DNA of 64,000 nucleotides from Bacteroidota bacterium (lineage in GTDB: Bacteria; Bacteroidota; Ignavibacteria; Ignavibacteriales; SURF-24): the NCBI GenBank assembly GCA_050258935.1, contig JBLMZS010000076.1, positions 70,259 to 134,258 of the forward strand, given 5' to 3'. Positions 28,697-38,596 of this stretch are shown here, one piece after another. Made by a program: the position numbers and the translations under genes. Each line of letters starts with the position of its first letter. The first letter of the stretch is position 1. Under the pieces are notes generated by a model. That model ran no database searches. It was given only the letters and a program-made list of their open reading frames with translations, and was not told where the DNA came from.

Positions 28697-29809
28697 ATGA
28701 AAAAGATCCGGAATATATTTCAGCTTACCGGGAATGCGCAGGTAATTATTCTGATCAGCGGGACGCTGCTGCTCATTGCAGCTAGTGTCTTTATTGACTT
28801 TATTGTACTGAAAACTTCGCCTCTGGTAGAAACCACTCCCAAATTTTCACCAGTATATATAATGAAATCTCTGCTGGTTCTGACCGCAAGTTTGCTGCTG
28901 ATTGAATCTATATTGAAGGTTTCAAGAAAACACCTGCAGAATAGCATTAAAAGGATTAGGCTCAGACTGGGCAGGGCGGCAAAGTTCAGACTGGCAGTGG
29001 TTTTCCTGATCTCCTCAGGGTTTATAGTCCTTTTTATCATCAGTCCTGAATTGTTCTCTGCATTATGCCGCGAAGACCAGCCTGTAGAAATGCTTTCCTC
29101 CATTCTGTTCTTTGTATGCTGTGCTATTTTTCTGGAAGTATTTATAATGGCGGTAAAGTTCGGAAGGAACCAATATTTTCTAATAGTCTCTTCCGCAGCT
29201 CTACTGATTATTTTTTTCCTTATTGGTATGGAGGAGATATCCTGGTTCCAGAGGGTGCTCGGAATAGATACACCTTCTGCTTTTGCCGGAAATATTCAGA
29301 AGGAGATGAATCTGCACAATTATGCCACCAACTATGTGGAAAACGCTTACTATTTTTCAAGCTTCGTTTTTCTGGTTCTGATCCCCTTTATCTTCTTCAG
29401 GATTCCTGAGATCCGCAGTCTGGGTGCAGTAACGTTGCTGATACCCGGCAGGACGTCACTATTGGCTGCATCAGTGATCATGGCATATAATTACGATATG
29501 TGGAACAATGTTCTGATTCAGTTCAGTTTTTTCGCCAGCTTATTGATCCTCTGCAATATTCGCAACCGGGCAAGAGGCAGAGATAGAATTATAATTACTT
29601 CGATAATCATAACCCTGGTAATCACACAGGTCATACTGCTGTTTAATCCTGAACATATTGTACGCAGATGGGATGCTACAGAATATAAGGAATTTTTCAT
29701 ATCGCTGGCATTTCTTATATATTCAGGCGGTGTGTATTTCCGTATGAAGAGCTCAGGCCTGGATTGTGAAGTAGAAACTTTGACTGCGGGTAGTAAAACA
29801 AATCCGTGA
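28697..29809 (+). CDS. Integral membrane protein, unknown function (about 9-10 TM)
   Basis: A long ORF of alternating hydrophobic segments. I recognise no catalytic motif. Start is placed at the first ATG (MKKIRNIF...); the track ORF starts at an upstream TTG (28670). Confidence 0.5.
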   Translation: MKKIRNIFQLTGNAQVIILISGTLLLIAASVFIDFIVLKTSPLVETTPKFSPVYIMKSLLVLTASLLLIESILKVSRKHLQNSIKRIRLRLGRAAKFRLAVVFLISSGFIVLFIISPELFSALCREDQPVEMLSSILFFVCCAIFLEVFIMAVKFGRNQYFLIVSSAALLIIFFLIGMEEISWFQRVLGIDTPSAFAGNIQKEMNLHNYATNYVENAYYFSSFVFLVLIPFIFFRIPEIRSLGAVTLLIPGRTSLLAASVIMAYNYDMWNNVLIQFSFFASLLILCNIRNRARGRDRIIITSIIITLVITQVILLFNPEHIVRRWDATEYKEFFISLAFLIYSGGVYFRMKSSGLDCEVETLTAGSKTNP

Positions 29810-29931
29810 GATAATAGTGAGCTATCAGGATAATTTTATACCAGCGGACACTTGAAGTGATCCGGCTGGTATTGGGAAGAAAGGAACACCCTGCAGTCTC
29901 TGATACAAGGTATTCCTGTTATTCATTTGTA

Positions 29932-30471
29932 TTATTTGGGTTTATTATTGCCGTTACCGGGAGGTGTTCCGCCGTCAGGCTTCCCGTCTGAGGGTTTACC
30001 GCCGTCTGCAGGAGGACGGTCCCCGGGAGGAGGTCCAAAACCCGGGCCGCCGGGTTCCCGGTCAGGGCCATAACCAGGGCCGCGGCCGGGTCCGGACATT
30101 TTATCACGCGGCGGAAACTTCTTCATGTTCTGGATCATTGCATCGAGACGTGCGGCCTGTTCTTTTGTCAGCTGCGAGCGCAGTTCTGTGTTCATCGAAT
30201 CTATCAGCTGGCCGACGCGCAGCATGTTTTTTTTAGAAACATCTTCAATGCGTGTATGGTACTTCAGTATAGTTTCCCTCAGCTTTTTTTTCTGTGCTTC
30301 ATCGGGTTTTATGATATCCTCAAAGTGATTTACAAACCCTTCGGGCTTGCGCATCATCTGCGGTGCATCGAAGCGATATCTGAAAAGCATACCGTTCAGT
30401 TCGTATCCGATTGCTATTCCAATCAGCAGCGTCACTATGAGTATTATTGATGATTTGACTGTTGGTTTCAT
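29932..30471 (-). CDS. Periplasmic Spy/CpxP-like (LTXXQ-motif) protein with Pro/Gly-rich tail
   Basis: 179 aa with an N-terminal TM or signal anchor. The helical region contains QLTKEQAARLD (LTXXQ-type). The C-terminal ~60 aa are P/G-rich. It is the last gene of the ECF sigma operon. Confidence 0.5.
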   Translation of the reverse strand: MKPTVKSSIILIVTLLIGIAIGYELNGMLFRYRFDAPQMMRKPEGFVNHFEDIIKPDEAQKKKLRETILKYHTRIEDVSKKNMLRVGQLIDSMNTELRSQLTKEQAARLDAMIQNMKKFPPRDKMSGPGRGPGYGPDREPGGPGFGPPPGDRPPADGGKPSDGKPDGGTPPGNGNNKPK

Positions 30472-30484
30472 TATTATTTTGCTT

Positions 30485-30931
30485 TCAGTTGTTTTGTTGT
30501 ATCAGTTGCAGATTTATTTGATTTACCGGGTCAAAAGCAGATTCAATAGAAGCAGTTGAGTCGCCGGTTATATTGTCTATCAGACTGTTGTTGCCGGTCC
30601 CTACATTGTAAATTGTAAGGGCGATCAGTACTAAAACTGCGGCAAGGGCAATTTTACCGAATGACAGTGATAACAGTCCTGCAAGGCTTATATCTGAGGT
30701 CTTCTGTTCTGTCCTGCGGTTGAAAGAACTCAATACTCGGGTTTCAAACCCGGCACTAAAATCTTCGGATTCGGAATTGCGCAGCGATTCGCGCATAAGA
30801 AAGATCTCTTTCTTCAGTGCTGCCAGTTCGGCTGAGCTTCTCAATCCTTCCTCGAGGATCAGTTTCTCACTATGGTTCAATTCCCTGTCGAAGCTTTCGT
30901 AAAGCAGTTTTTCAAGTTTGTTTCTATTCAT
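30485..30931 (-). CDS. Putative anti-sigma factor (single-pass membrane protein)
   Basis: 148 aa. It overlaps the upstream ECF sigma gene by 8 nt. There is one TM near the C-terminus (IALAAVLVLIALTIYNV). The call is by genomic context only. Confidence 0.5.
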   Translation of the reverse strand: MNRNKLEKLLYESFDRELNHSEKLILEEGLRSSAELAALKKEIFLMRESLRNSESEDFSAGFETRVLSSFNRRTEQKTSDISLAGLLSLSFGKIALAAVLVLIALTIYNVGTGNNSLIDNITGDSTASIESAFDPVNQINLQLIQQNN

Positions 30932-31505
30932 AGCTAAGATTGTATGGTTCTAAAATTTCCTTTAATTTTTTCTGTGCTCTCGAAAGCCGTGACAATACGG
31001 TTCCCACCGGCAGGTTCAGTATCTGTGCCGTTTCTTCAGTGGAATATTCGTCTATCAGACGCAGTACTAGTACCGACCTGTGTTTGGAGCTGAGTTTCTG
31101 TATGGCTTTTCTGATGATTTCCTTATCATCGTCCATGATTTTATCAGAACCGGGATCTTCTAGATCCGTTCCATCCTCTATCATCTGATCGAATGATACG
31201 AATCGTTTCAGCTTTCTTCTTTTGATTTCGTTCAGTGAGAGATTTATCGCTATTCTTGTCAGATATGTACTAATGGAAGAATCACCCCTGAACTTATCTA
31301 TTGCATGAAAAAACCTGATAAATACTTCCTGTCCCACATCTTCGGCATGGCTGCCTTTGCCGAGCATGCCAAATACGGTGGAAGCTACAGTACCTTTATA
31401 ACGTCTCACGAATTCACTGAATGCATACTGATCGCCGCTGCGGCACCTTTCGAGCAGTTCAGCGTCATCGGCTGGACGGATTTTTGGCAATTTCACCAAA
31501 ATCAT
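30924..31505 (-). CDS. ECF-type RNA polymerase sigma factor (sigma-70 family, group IV)
   Basis: 193 aa. Region 2 is AFSEFVRRYKGTVASTVFGML...AEDVGQEVFIRFF. The region 4 HTH is EYSTEETAQILNLPVGTVLSRLSRAQKKL. Confidence 0.9.
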   Translation of the reverse strand: MILVKLPKIRPADDAELLERCRSGDQYAFSEFVRRYKGTVASTVFGMLGKGSHAEDVGQEVFIRFFHAIDKFRGDSSISTYLTRIAINLSLNEIKRRKLKRFVSFDQMIEDGTDLEDPGSDKIMDDDKEIIRKAIQKLSSKHRSVLVLRLIDEYSTEETAQILNLPVGTVLSRLSRAQKKLKEILEPYNLSYE

Positions 31506-31588
31506 ACCGGTAAATTTATTAAATAAGTGAACATAAAGATCTCATAGTTAAAAGCACACACTGCAGAATTATTTGTATAGGGTCTGAG

Positions 31589-31630
31589 TGCCGGCTGTAT
31601 ATCCCAAATGAGTGCAGATGGCAGCCGGCA
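31589..31630 (-). terminator. GC-rich hairpin downstream of the small acidic protein gene
   Basis: A 9-bp stem, tgccggctg (31589-31597) pairing with cagccggca (31622-31630), with a 24-nt loop. It lies 20 nt past the stop at 31650. Confidence 0.45.
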
Positions 31631-31649
31631 GCAGATACACTTAAATCCG

Positions 31650-32075
31650 TCAAACTTTCTGATTTACTATATTGCCCTGTGATGATTCCATGGAGTTTCT
31701 GAGATTGTCAATAAAATCGTCAAGGTCCTCCTGATTTATACTGCCGCTCTCCTTTTCCTTCAGAAGTTCGAGAAGTTTTTGAGCCAGGTCATCCTGTGTT
31801 TCCGAAAGGGGACCGGCTCCTTCTGCGCCTTCAGGTTTTTCAGGCCTCTTAAATCCAGCTTCATTCATTATTTCGCCGAATTCCTTGCTGGGTTTTATAC
31901 CTGCAGAGTCGATTTCCTCCATCATGTTCTTCATGTCTTCCTGAGTCACAGTTTCAGGATCGTACTGTGCTATGATTTCCTGAAGCTTTTTTTTCTGCTC
32001 ATCTGTAAGTCTGTTGCTTGTATCGGCCGATGACTGATACAGATATGAGTTAGAGCTGCTGATACTGCTGATCAT
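31650..32075 (-). CDS. Small acidic hypothetical protein (141 aa)
   Basis: Start is trimmed to ATG 32075 (MISSISSSNSY...), preceded by AGGAGA 6-11 nt upstream. It is Glu/Asp/Lys-rich with no signal peptide and no motif I recognise. Confidence 0.45.
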   Translation of the reverse strand: MISSISSSNSYLYQSSADTSNRLTDEQKKKLQEIIAQYDPETVTQEDMKNMMEEIDSAGIKPSKEFGEIMNEAGFKRPEKPEGAEGAGPLSETQDDLAQKLLELLKEKESGSINQEDLDDFIDNLRNSMESSQGNIVNQKV

Positions 32076-32216
32076 AATAAGTCTCCTGACTTTATGCTGA
32101 ATGTTGTTTAATGCGGCCCTTTCAACATTAGACAAGCAGTACTGCCAGTTTATTCCATCGGTCAGAAAGTATTTCGCACGCAAAAATCACGAAAGGCGAC
32201 GTCTGTCTTTGCGGCC

Positions 32217-34922
32217 TTATTTCATCAGAGTCATCTTTCTGCTTTGTATGAAATTGCCGGAGCTTATGGTATAGAAATATACTCCGGATGAAAATTCATT
32301 CATATCGGCAGTGACTGTGTAACTGCCGGCGGCTTTTTCCTCATCGAGCAGTGTGGCTGTCTGTCTGCCCAGCATATCAAATATCCTGATGGTCACACGG
32401 CCGGCAGAAGCCAGGGAAAATCTGATGCTTGTCTGAGGGTTGAACGGATTTGGGTAATTCTGTGAAAGCGAATATTCAGCGGGCATCACGTTACCGGAAA
32501 TTATGCGGGTAGGCTGACCGAAGAAAAAGTCATCGCACTTTGCTATAACGCCGTTAAATGCGGTATCGTTTGCAGTTGATTCCAGCGGGAATGCCAGGTA
32601 TATCAGATATGCTTTTCTGTCAGGATTTGCGTAACTCCCCGAATACTGCACACCAGCACCCAGGTTATTAGAGTATGACATACAGAGAATACTGCCTGCG
32701 TTAGGAGTAATAACGTCAGGATAATCTGTTGCATAGGTCTGGCTGAAGTAGAACGAACTGCCTGCGAGGGCAGCCGAATCTCTGCCTGTGACTGATCTGG
32801 ATGACGCGTTATCGGAAAGGAATATCGCTTTCAGATAGTTGTTGAAGAAGTATCGGTCATCTGCATTTCCGCGGTGATATACATCCCATGCAATTTCGCT
32901 GCCCGAAATAAACAGTCGTCCTCCGTTATCGAGATATTCTTTCAGTATTGCCTGATCGGCGGAAGACAGGGTTTCATCGGACGTACTTTCATCGCCTGAC
33001 ATCCAGTATACGGCGTCATAATTGCTGAGACTGACTGACCGGAGTGCTATAGATCTGCTCTTTATGCTTTCAAAATTCTCCTTCAGTAAATTCAGAGCCT
33101 TTCCGTAGCGCATGATAAATGAATTGCCTTTCATTCGCCACCCGCCGGTTTCGCGGTCGAACCCGTCAACGATCAGTATTTTTTTCGCACCGGTGTATTT
33201 CGCTGTCCCGAGTACTCCGGACCAGTTGCTTTCAACTGATGAATTCAGGACGCTTGATACCCTGTAGTATTCGGTAGTATTCTGCGGAGTCAGGACAGCG
33301 TACATATCTTTCAGTGTATTCTCATTCTGAACAGCGGTCCATTTCGATCCGTCTGATGACATATAGAGGCGGTATCCATTGACGCCGGCAGTATCGCACG
33401 TCCATGTTATTCTGACAGTTCCGTCTGACTGCTGCAGCACACTCTGGAGGACCGGCTGACTGAGCGAGTATTCTGCCGCCATACCCTTATAGCATCTGGG
33501 GGTATATGCAGTCAGGTCCGAAGGCGTGTATGTCCAGTATGAAACCGCATGATCGCGTCCCGCGGCCTCGGCAATACGTAACGAACCGTTAGGTGTTTTT
33601 TCTACGAACAGACGCACGTGTCCGACTTTATGCACTGCATCACCAGGTCTGATGCTGTCCCACGTGGTATATTGTGTGGTAATACGGGGCATGTCGCTGG
33701 TAGAAGAGTGATAAGACAGCTGCCAGCACCGGCTTACGAACCCCGAACAGTCGAGTCCAACGGCATAGGAAGATACACCGTCAGTATTGATATCGCCGGC
33801 ATATCTGCCGTTCAGCAATCCCGCTGAAAATTCGGCCAGTGTATTGAAGCCGCCCCATTTGTACGGAATCTTTGCATTCATGCCGGTTATAAGCCATTCA
33901 GGTGTTCTTACAAAATCTCCGTCGGGTGCTTTTACATTTTCGGGAGCCAGGTTGACGCTGCGGCAGGTATATCTGTATGTCACAAAACCCTCTGCAATCT
34001 TCAGCGCCGAGAGTCTGGATGACGCCTGGACGTCTGCGGGACGCGATGTATTTACGCTATCCGCGTGCACAGGTGCTTCGTTCTGCGGCAGAATTGTATT
34101 GTAGTGCAGTTCATAATTATATTCTTCGGGATAGCGGATAATTTCGCTGTGAGAAGCAGTCAGGCCGCTCCATCTGATAACTGAAAACCCGTTTCTCAGA
34201 GAGAGCAGGTGATACAGATTTCCCTCGGCATCGATCTGAAAATCACGCACGAGATATACATATTTTATGGCAGGTATTTCGAGTACCGATAATATCTCGC
34301 CTTCCCTTGACAGCGTGTATACCTCCCTCAGAACCTTCAGCGGTATCTCGGTAAGGTATCTCTCAATCAGCAGAAATGAATTACCGTTAGCATCTATTCC
34401 TATAAGATCACCGTATGCGAGGTCTGAGCGAAAGTTCAGCGAAAAGTGTTTCTGAAAACCCGGAATATCATAGTTTATATCGAGTTCGCTGCGGCTTATC
34501 ACTTTGACATTTATCCGGTCGTCGTCATTCCGGCTGCCATGGAGTTCTCCGCCATTATCTGTATAAATATCTTCTTTTCCTGCGGCAAATATTTTCCTGA
34601 GCTGTGAACCGGCCGATAGAACCGGAGTATTATTGTGCATCGCAAAATCCAAAGATGCTTCTTTATGCCTGATTGCATTTTTTAGCTGACTGCCGGAAAA
34701 GAGATAACTTTCTGCCCGGTCGAATGAATGCAGCCACACATTATTGTTCTGTATATCAAATGATGATATGCCGTAAATTCCGGAATTATCCACCCTGATT
34801 TTTGTGGGAATTCTGTCATAACTGATGTCGGCAATTTTTGAAAACGTTTTCTCCGGGAGCGCTGACTGTGCCTGAATATAACCTGAAATGAAAAGAACTG
34901 TAATCAGTAGAAATTTCTTCAT
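32217..34922 (-). CDS. Large multidomain T9SS cargo protein with NlpC/P60-like cysteine peptidase domain
   Basis: 901 aa with a signal peptide (MKKFLLITVLFISGYIQAQ). The NlpC/P60-type pattern is YKWGG...GLDCSGFVSRCW...RPGDAVHKVGHVRLF. An FN3-like segment follows (DGTVRITWTCDTAGVNGYRLYMSSDGSKW). The C-terminus reads LSQNYPNPFNPQTSIRFSL...GVYFYTISSGNFIQSRKMTLMK. Confidence 0.75.
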   Translation of the reverse strand: MKKFLLITVLFISGYIQAQSALPEKTFSKIADISYDRIPTKIRVDNSGIYGISSFDIQNNNVWLHSFDRAESYLFSGSQLKNAIRHKEASLDFAMHNNTPVLSAGSQLRKIFAAGKEDIYTDNGGELHGSRNDDDRINVKVISRSELDINYDIPGFQKHFSLNFRSDLAYGDLIGIDANGNSFLLIERYLTEIPLKVLREVYTLSREGEILSVLEIPAIKYVYLVRDFQIDAEGNLYHLLSLRNGFSVIRWSGLTASHSEIIRYPEEYNYELHYNTILPQNEAPVHADSVNTSRPADVQASSRLSALKIAEGFVTYRYTCRSVNLAPENVKAPDGDFVRTPEWLITGMNAKIPYKWGGFNTLAEFSAGLLNGRYAGDINTDGVSSYAVGLDCSGFVSRCWQLSYHSSTSDMPRITTQYTTWDSIRPGDAVHKVGHVRLFVEKTPNGSLRIAEAAGRDHAVSYWTYTPSDLTAYTPRCYKGMAAEYSLSQPVLQSVLQQSDGTVRITWTCDTAGVNGYRLYMSSDGSKWTAVQNENTLKDMYAVLTPQNTTEYYRVSSVLNSSVESNWSGVLGTAKYTGAKKILIVDGFDRETGGWRMKGNSFIMRYGKALNLLKENFESIKSRSIALRSVSLSNYDAVYWMSGDESTSDETLSSADQAILKEYLDNGGRLFISGSEIAWDVYHRGNADDRYFFNNYLKAIFLSDNASSRSVTGRDSAALAGSSFYFSQTYATDYPDVITPNAGSILCMSYSNNLGAGVQYSGSYANPDRKAYLIYLAFPLESTANDTAFNGVIAKCDDFFFGQPTRIISGNVMPAEYSLSQNYPNPFNPQTSIRFSLASAGRVTIRIFDMLGRQTATLLDEEKAAGSYTVTADMNEFSSGVYFYTISSGNFIQSRKMTLMK

Positions 34923-34954
34923 GTTAACCTCACTAGAGAAGGGGGAATGAGTAT

Positions 34955-35521
34955 TTATGGTATATATATTTCTTTTAATAAAATAATTTTGTCATCTGCT
35001 ATATCGAAAGAAAATATTTTGAAGCCTGAATTCCTGAACTCATCCGATGAGATCAGCTTATAAAATTTTCGGGCGTCTGTTCTTTCGTTGAATCTATAGT
35101 TGCCGCTGCTGTCGCGAGAAAAAGTCTGCAGAATTATTTTAGAATTATCAGGCAGCTTTATGCGGATGGAATCAACCCGAGTATTTCTGAGGTAAAAGCC
35201 TTCAAATGATTCCGTTTTTCTGTTGTGTTTTTGTTCGAGCGCAATCTTTTTTCTGGCTTCGCCGCCGCTGTAATATTCCACGGTATCGATCAGGACATAG
35301 CAGGATTTATCCTGTCTGTATGCCGACAGTATATAGCCGTTGCAGTGAAAGCTGCGGGGTGCGGATGTAACAGCTGAGGGAGAAGCGGTAGTGTCAGGTG
35401 ATGTCTTTTCAGATTGAGTAGCATCTGTTTTTCCTGAGCCGCTCTCAGGGCTGCATGAGGTAATCGATAGAGCGCAGCAGGCGATCCAGCAGGTATTTCT
35501 GAGCATATTGCGAATATTCAT
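34955..35521 (-). CDS. Putative lipoprotein, unknown function
   Basis: Start is trimmed to MNIRNMLRNTCWIACCALSITSCSPESG, a lipobox-like ITSC. A Ser/Thr/Pro-rich linker is followed by a ~130-aa domain. It sits immediately upstream of the NlpC/P60 T9SS gene. Confidence 0.5.
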   Translation of the reverse strand: MNIRNMLRNTCWIACCALSITSCSPESGSGKTDATQSEKTSPDTTASPSAVTSAPRSFHCNGYILSAYRQDKSCYVLIDTVEYYSGGEARKKIALEQKHNRKTESFEGFYLRNTRVDSIRIKLPDNSKIILQTFSRDSSGNYRFNERTDARKFYKLISSDEFRNSGFKIFSFDIADDKIILLKEIYIP

Positions 35522-35851
35522 AGTCTGGCCGGGAAGGAAATTTACAAATATGTTAATTTGTGTTTCAGATACTGGTAAATATAAAGAAAATTTCTGTCTT
35601 ACCATATAAACGTCATGAATATGGATCAGTATCTGATGCATGGCCCCAGACCGCCAGGCAGCGCAGTGATCGCGGGAAAGTTCTGAAAAAATATACGTAA
35701 ATGCTTTCAGTTATAATTTTTAATATGCAAAAAAATATTTTAGTGATTATATTGGCTTTTGAAAAATCCATTTACACTGGGAGATAAAAGTGATCACTAT
35801 AGTGCCTTTTCATCTGAGACCGCTCTCTGCCGGCAACCCGGAAGAAGTGTC

Positions 35852-37837
35852 ATGAAAGTGACCACCGGAATAATATTGCTGCTGGTTACGCTTCTGAGTA
35901 CTACACTCTTATCACAGAAGCGTTCTGCCGACAGCCTGATGAATCTCATTCCAAATCTGCAGGGCACTTCAAAGGTGGATGCTCTCAACCAGCTGGCCGA
36001 TATATATCAGTACATGGATACCAGAAAAGCCATTGAAACTGCAAATCAGGGACTCGAACTGGCAAAGCGGATTAATTATCAGAAGGGTATCGCCGCGAAC
36101 CTGGGCTCACTCGGATTCTGTTATCTGAATCTGGATCATCAGAAAGCAGTTGAATATACAAAGCGTGCTCTTCATATCAGAAAGAAGATCGGTGACAAAG
36201 CTGGAATCGCCACTTCCCTGAACCTGATGGGAGTGCTGTATTATTATTCAGGTGACTATCTGCCTGCCATTGACTATCACCTTCAGGGACTTAAGCTCAG
36301 AGAAGAGATAGGTGACCGCGTCAAAATAGCGACTTCTTACAATAATATTGCACTGATACATATTGCTCTCGAAGAATATACCACAGCACTGAATTATCTA
36401 AAAAAGGCATTGAAGGTAAGGATCGAAACGGGCGATAAAAAAGGGATGGGCATTATCAGCGATAATCTCGGTGATGTGTACAGTAAACTTCAGAAATATG
36501 ATGCCGCACTTAAATACTTCAGCGATGCTCTCGCGATCAATAAAGAAATAGGCAACCGGAAATCTGAAGCCAATTCGTACTTCAACATTGCGGCAATATA
36601 CAAAAAGCTGAATGATCAGCAAAAAGCTTTTTATTATCTGAAGGATGCACTGAAAATATACGTTGAACTCGATGAGAAGAAAGGCATCTCCAACTCTGAA
36701 AATGCCATGGCTGAACTATACCTGAATGCCGGCAAGTGCGATTCTGCAGTTGAACATTCACTCGTTGCCTACAGTAACGCAATACTCATAGATGCGAAGA
36801 GCAATATTTCCAGGGCTGCTGAGATACTGCAGGAGTGTTACGCAAGAAAAGGTGACTATAAAAATGCTTACAAATATTCCAGAATATATCAGGATATCCT
36901 GAATGAAACAAAGAGTTCCGATAAAATAAAGAAGCTTGCAAAAATTGAATATCAATACAAGTTTGACAAGATGAAGCGCGAACAGGAAGCTGAAATGTCG
37001 CGCCAGAGCACATTCATTCAGCTGCTGGGGATAACCCTGTCATTGTCCATTGTAATCATACTGCTGATCGTATACGGCTACAGGCACAACCGCAGGACGA
37101 ATATTCAGCTGAATGAATTCAACGAAAAGCTGAAAGAGGCGAATGCTGCCAAGGACCGCTTTTTCTCAATAATTGCACACGATCTGCGCGGACCGTTTCA
37201 GTCGCTGCTGGGCGCATCTGGTGTTCTGGTTTCTGAAGTCGACTGTCTTGAAAAAGATGACATAAAAAAACTCGGTGACGGTATAAATACTTCTCTTCAG
37301 AAGCAGTATGGGCTGCTCAATGATCTGCTCGAGTGGTCAAGACTTCAGAACGGCAGTTTTTCTCTTTCATATGAAGACCTGCCCGTATATGAACTGGTTG
37401 AGGAAATAGTGCCGCCATTTTATCTGTCTTTGTCAAATAAGAATATATCCTTCAGAAATAACACAGAAAAAAGCGCAGTGGTGCATGCAGACAGACAGAT
37501 GCTGCAGCTGGTGCTGAGAAATCTGATCTCGAACAGTATAAAATTTACAAATACCGGCGGCTGGATTGAAGTCTCGAATAAAGAATCCGGGAAGTACATG
37601 GAAATCACAGTAACCGACAACGGCATCGGCATATGTGAGGAAGAACTGAAGGAACTTTTCAGGATAGACAAACAGCATTCCACAAAAGGGACTCAGAATG
37701 AAGTGGGCTCGGGGCTAGGTCTGATATTGTGCAAGGAGATCATGGACCGGCACGAAGGCAGTATACGTGCCGAAGGCAGAAAGGGATGCGGCTGCAAGTT
37801 TACAGTTGTTCTGCCGATAACCCGGCGTGAAATATAA
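35852..37837 (+). CDS. TPR-repeat sensor histidine kinase (signal peptide, about 7 TPRs, 1 TM, HisKA, HATPase_c; no receiver)
   Basis: Start is trimmed to MKVTTGIILLLVTLLSTTLLSQ. TPR-like repeats are present (IAANLGSLGFCYL.., IATSLNLMGVLYY.., IATSYNNIALIHI..). The TM is LLGITLSLSIVIILLIVYGY, the H-box is FFSIIAHDLRGPF, and the G-boxes are DNGIGI and GSGLGL. Confidence 0.85.
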   Translation: MKVTTGIILLLVTLLSTTLLSQKRSADSLMNLIPNLQGTSKVDALNQLADIYQYMDTRKAIETANQGLELAKRINYQKGIAANLGSLGFCYLNLDHQKAVEYTKRALHIRKKIGDKAGIATSLNLMGVLYYYSGDYLPAIDYHLQGLKLREEIGDRVKIATSYNNIALIHIALEEYTTALNYLKKALKVRIETGDKKGMGIISDNLGDVYSKLQKYDAALKYFSDALAINKEIGNRKSEANSYFNIAAIYKKLNDQQKAFYYLKDALKIYVELDEKKGISNSENAMAELYLNAGKCDSAVEHSLVAYSNAILIDAKSNISRAAEILQECYARKGDYKNAYKYSRIYQDILNETKSSDKIKKLAKIEYQYKFDKMKREQEAEMSRQSTFIQLLGITLSLSIVIILLIVYGYRHNRRTNIQLNEFNEKLKEANAAKDRFFSIIAHDLRGPFQSLLGASGVLVSEVDCLEKDDIKKLGDGINTSLQKQYGLLNDLLEWSRLQNGSFSLSYEDLPVYELVEEIVPPFYLSLSNKNISFRNNTEKSAVVHADRQMLQLVLRNLISNSIKFTNTGGWIEVSNKESGKYMEITVTDNGIGICEEELKELFRIDKQHSTKGTQNEVGSGLGLILCKEIMDRHEGSIRAEGRKGCGCKFTVVLPITRREI

Positions 37838-37858
37838 TATCAGTTCAGCGAAAAAAAT

Positions 37859-37877
37859 GCGGCGGAATGTCCGCCGC
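37859..37877. terminator. Intrinsic terminator hairpin between convergent genes
   Basis: gcggcgga-atg-tccgccgc forms an 8-bp GC-rich stem. It is flanked by an A-run upstream (aaaaaaa) and a T-rich tract downstream (ctgtcactttttgtttt). Confidence 0.8.
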
Positions 37878-37918
37878 GCTGTCACTTTTTGTTTTAAGTC
37901 CCCGCCTGAGGCGAAAGC

Positions 37919-38479
37919 TTATTTACCGAAAGAGCGGTCAAACAGTCCCGCAATAGCTTTTTTGCCGTTTTCCTCCAGGAAACGTGTTCCTGTTCCGACG
38001 AAGTGAACGTGTGTAATTACCGGCAGGTTTTCACCCTCGCATTTAACCCAGTCTTCCTGGTTCCAGAAGAACCATGCATCGCGCGTCTGATCAAAAACAT
38101 AGAGGGGCTTATTGCACAGCTTGGCAAATTCTGTTCCCCAGCCCGTACCGCCTTTGACTGTCTTATCATCCATGATCTGGCCGATCACATAGATCTCCTG
38201 ACCGTTATTGATCTGGTGCCAAATTACCTGGAGTATTTTGCGGATTGCCGGAATCTTAGAGAAATTGCGGTTCAGGATTTTCGAAATATATTCCAGACTG
38301 ACATCACCGGTCTTCAGTTCGTTGTGGTTAAGGACGTGCAGGCCGCGCTGGCGAGCTATTGAGTGGCCTTCAAATGTAAAGTTTACTTCCTCGATACCAT
38401 AGCGTTCGGCGTTCATTCCGAATTCGGCTTCAGCGCCCTGAAAGCCACCGCTGAATAATATACAGTCTTCCTTGAGCAT
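37919..38479 (-). CDS. Hypothetical protein, possible SLOG/LOG-like Rossmann-fold nucleotide-binding protein
   Basis: 186 aa. The N-terminal CILFSGGFQGAEAEFGMNAERYG resembles the GGxxGxD/E glycine loop of SLOG/DprA/YpsA-type domains. KGGTGWGTEFA loosely resembles the LOG PGGxGTxxE motif. The assignment is from memory of motifs only. Confidence 0.3.
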   Translation of the reverse strand: MLKEDCILFSGGFQGAEAEFGMNAERYGIEEVNFTFEGHSIARQRGLHVLNHNELKTGDVSLEYISKILNRNFSKIPAIRKILQVIWHQINNGQEIYVIGQIMDDKTVKGGTGWGTEFAKLCNKPLYVFDQTRDAWFFWNQEDWVKCEGENLPVITHVHFVGTGTRFLEENGKKAIAGLFDRSFGK

Positions 38480-38596
38480 ACGGGTTCCTTTTATGTGTGA
38501 ATAATAGATTCATTTTCGGCAAATTTGTCCAAAATGTCAAATCCGCCTTTGCAAAGGTAAAAGCTGGCCGCAAAAAAAGCAAATTACTCGAAAATA

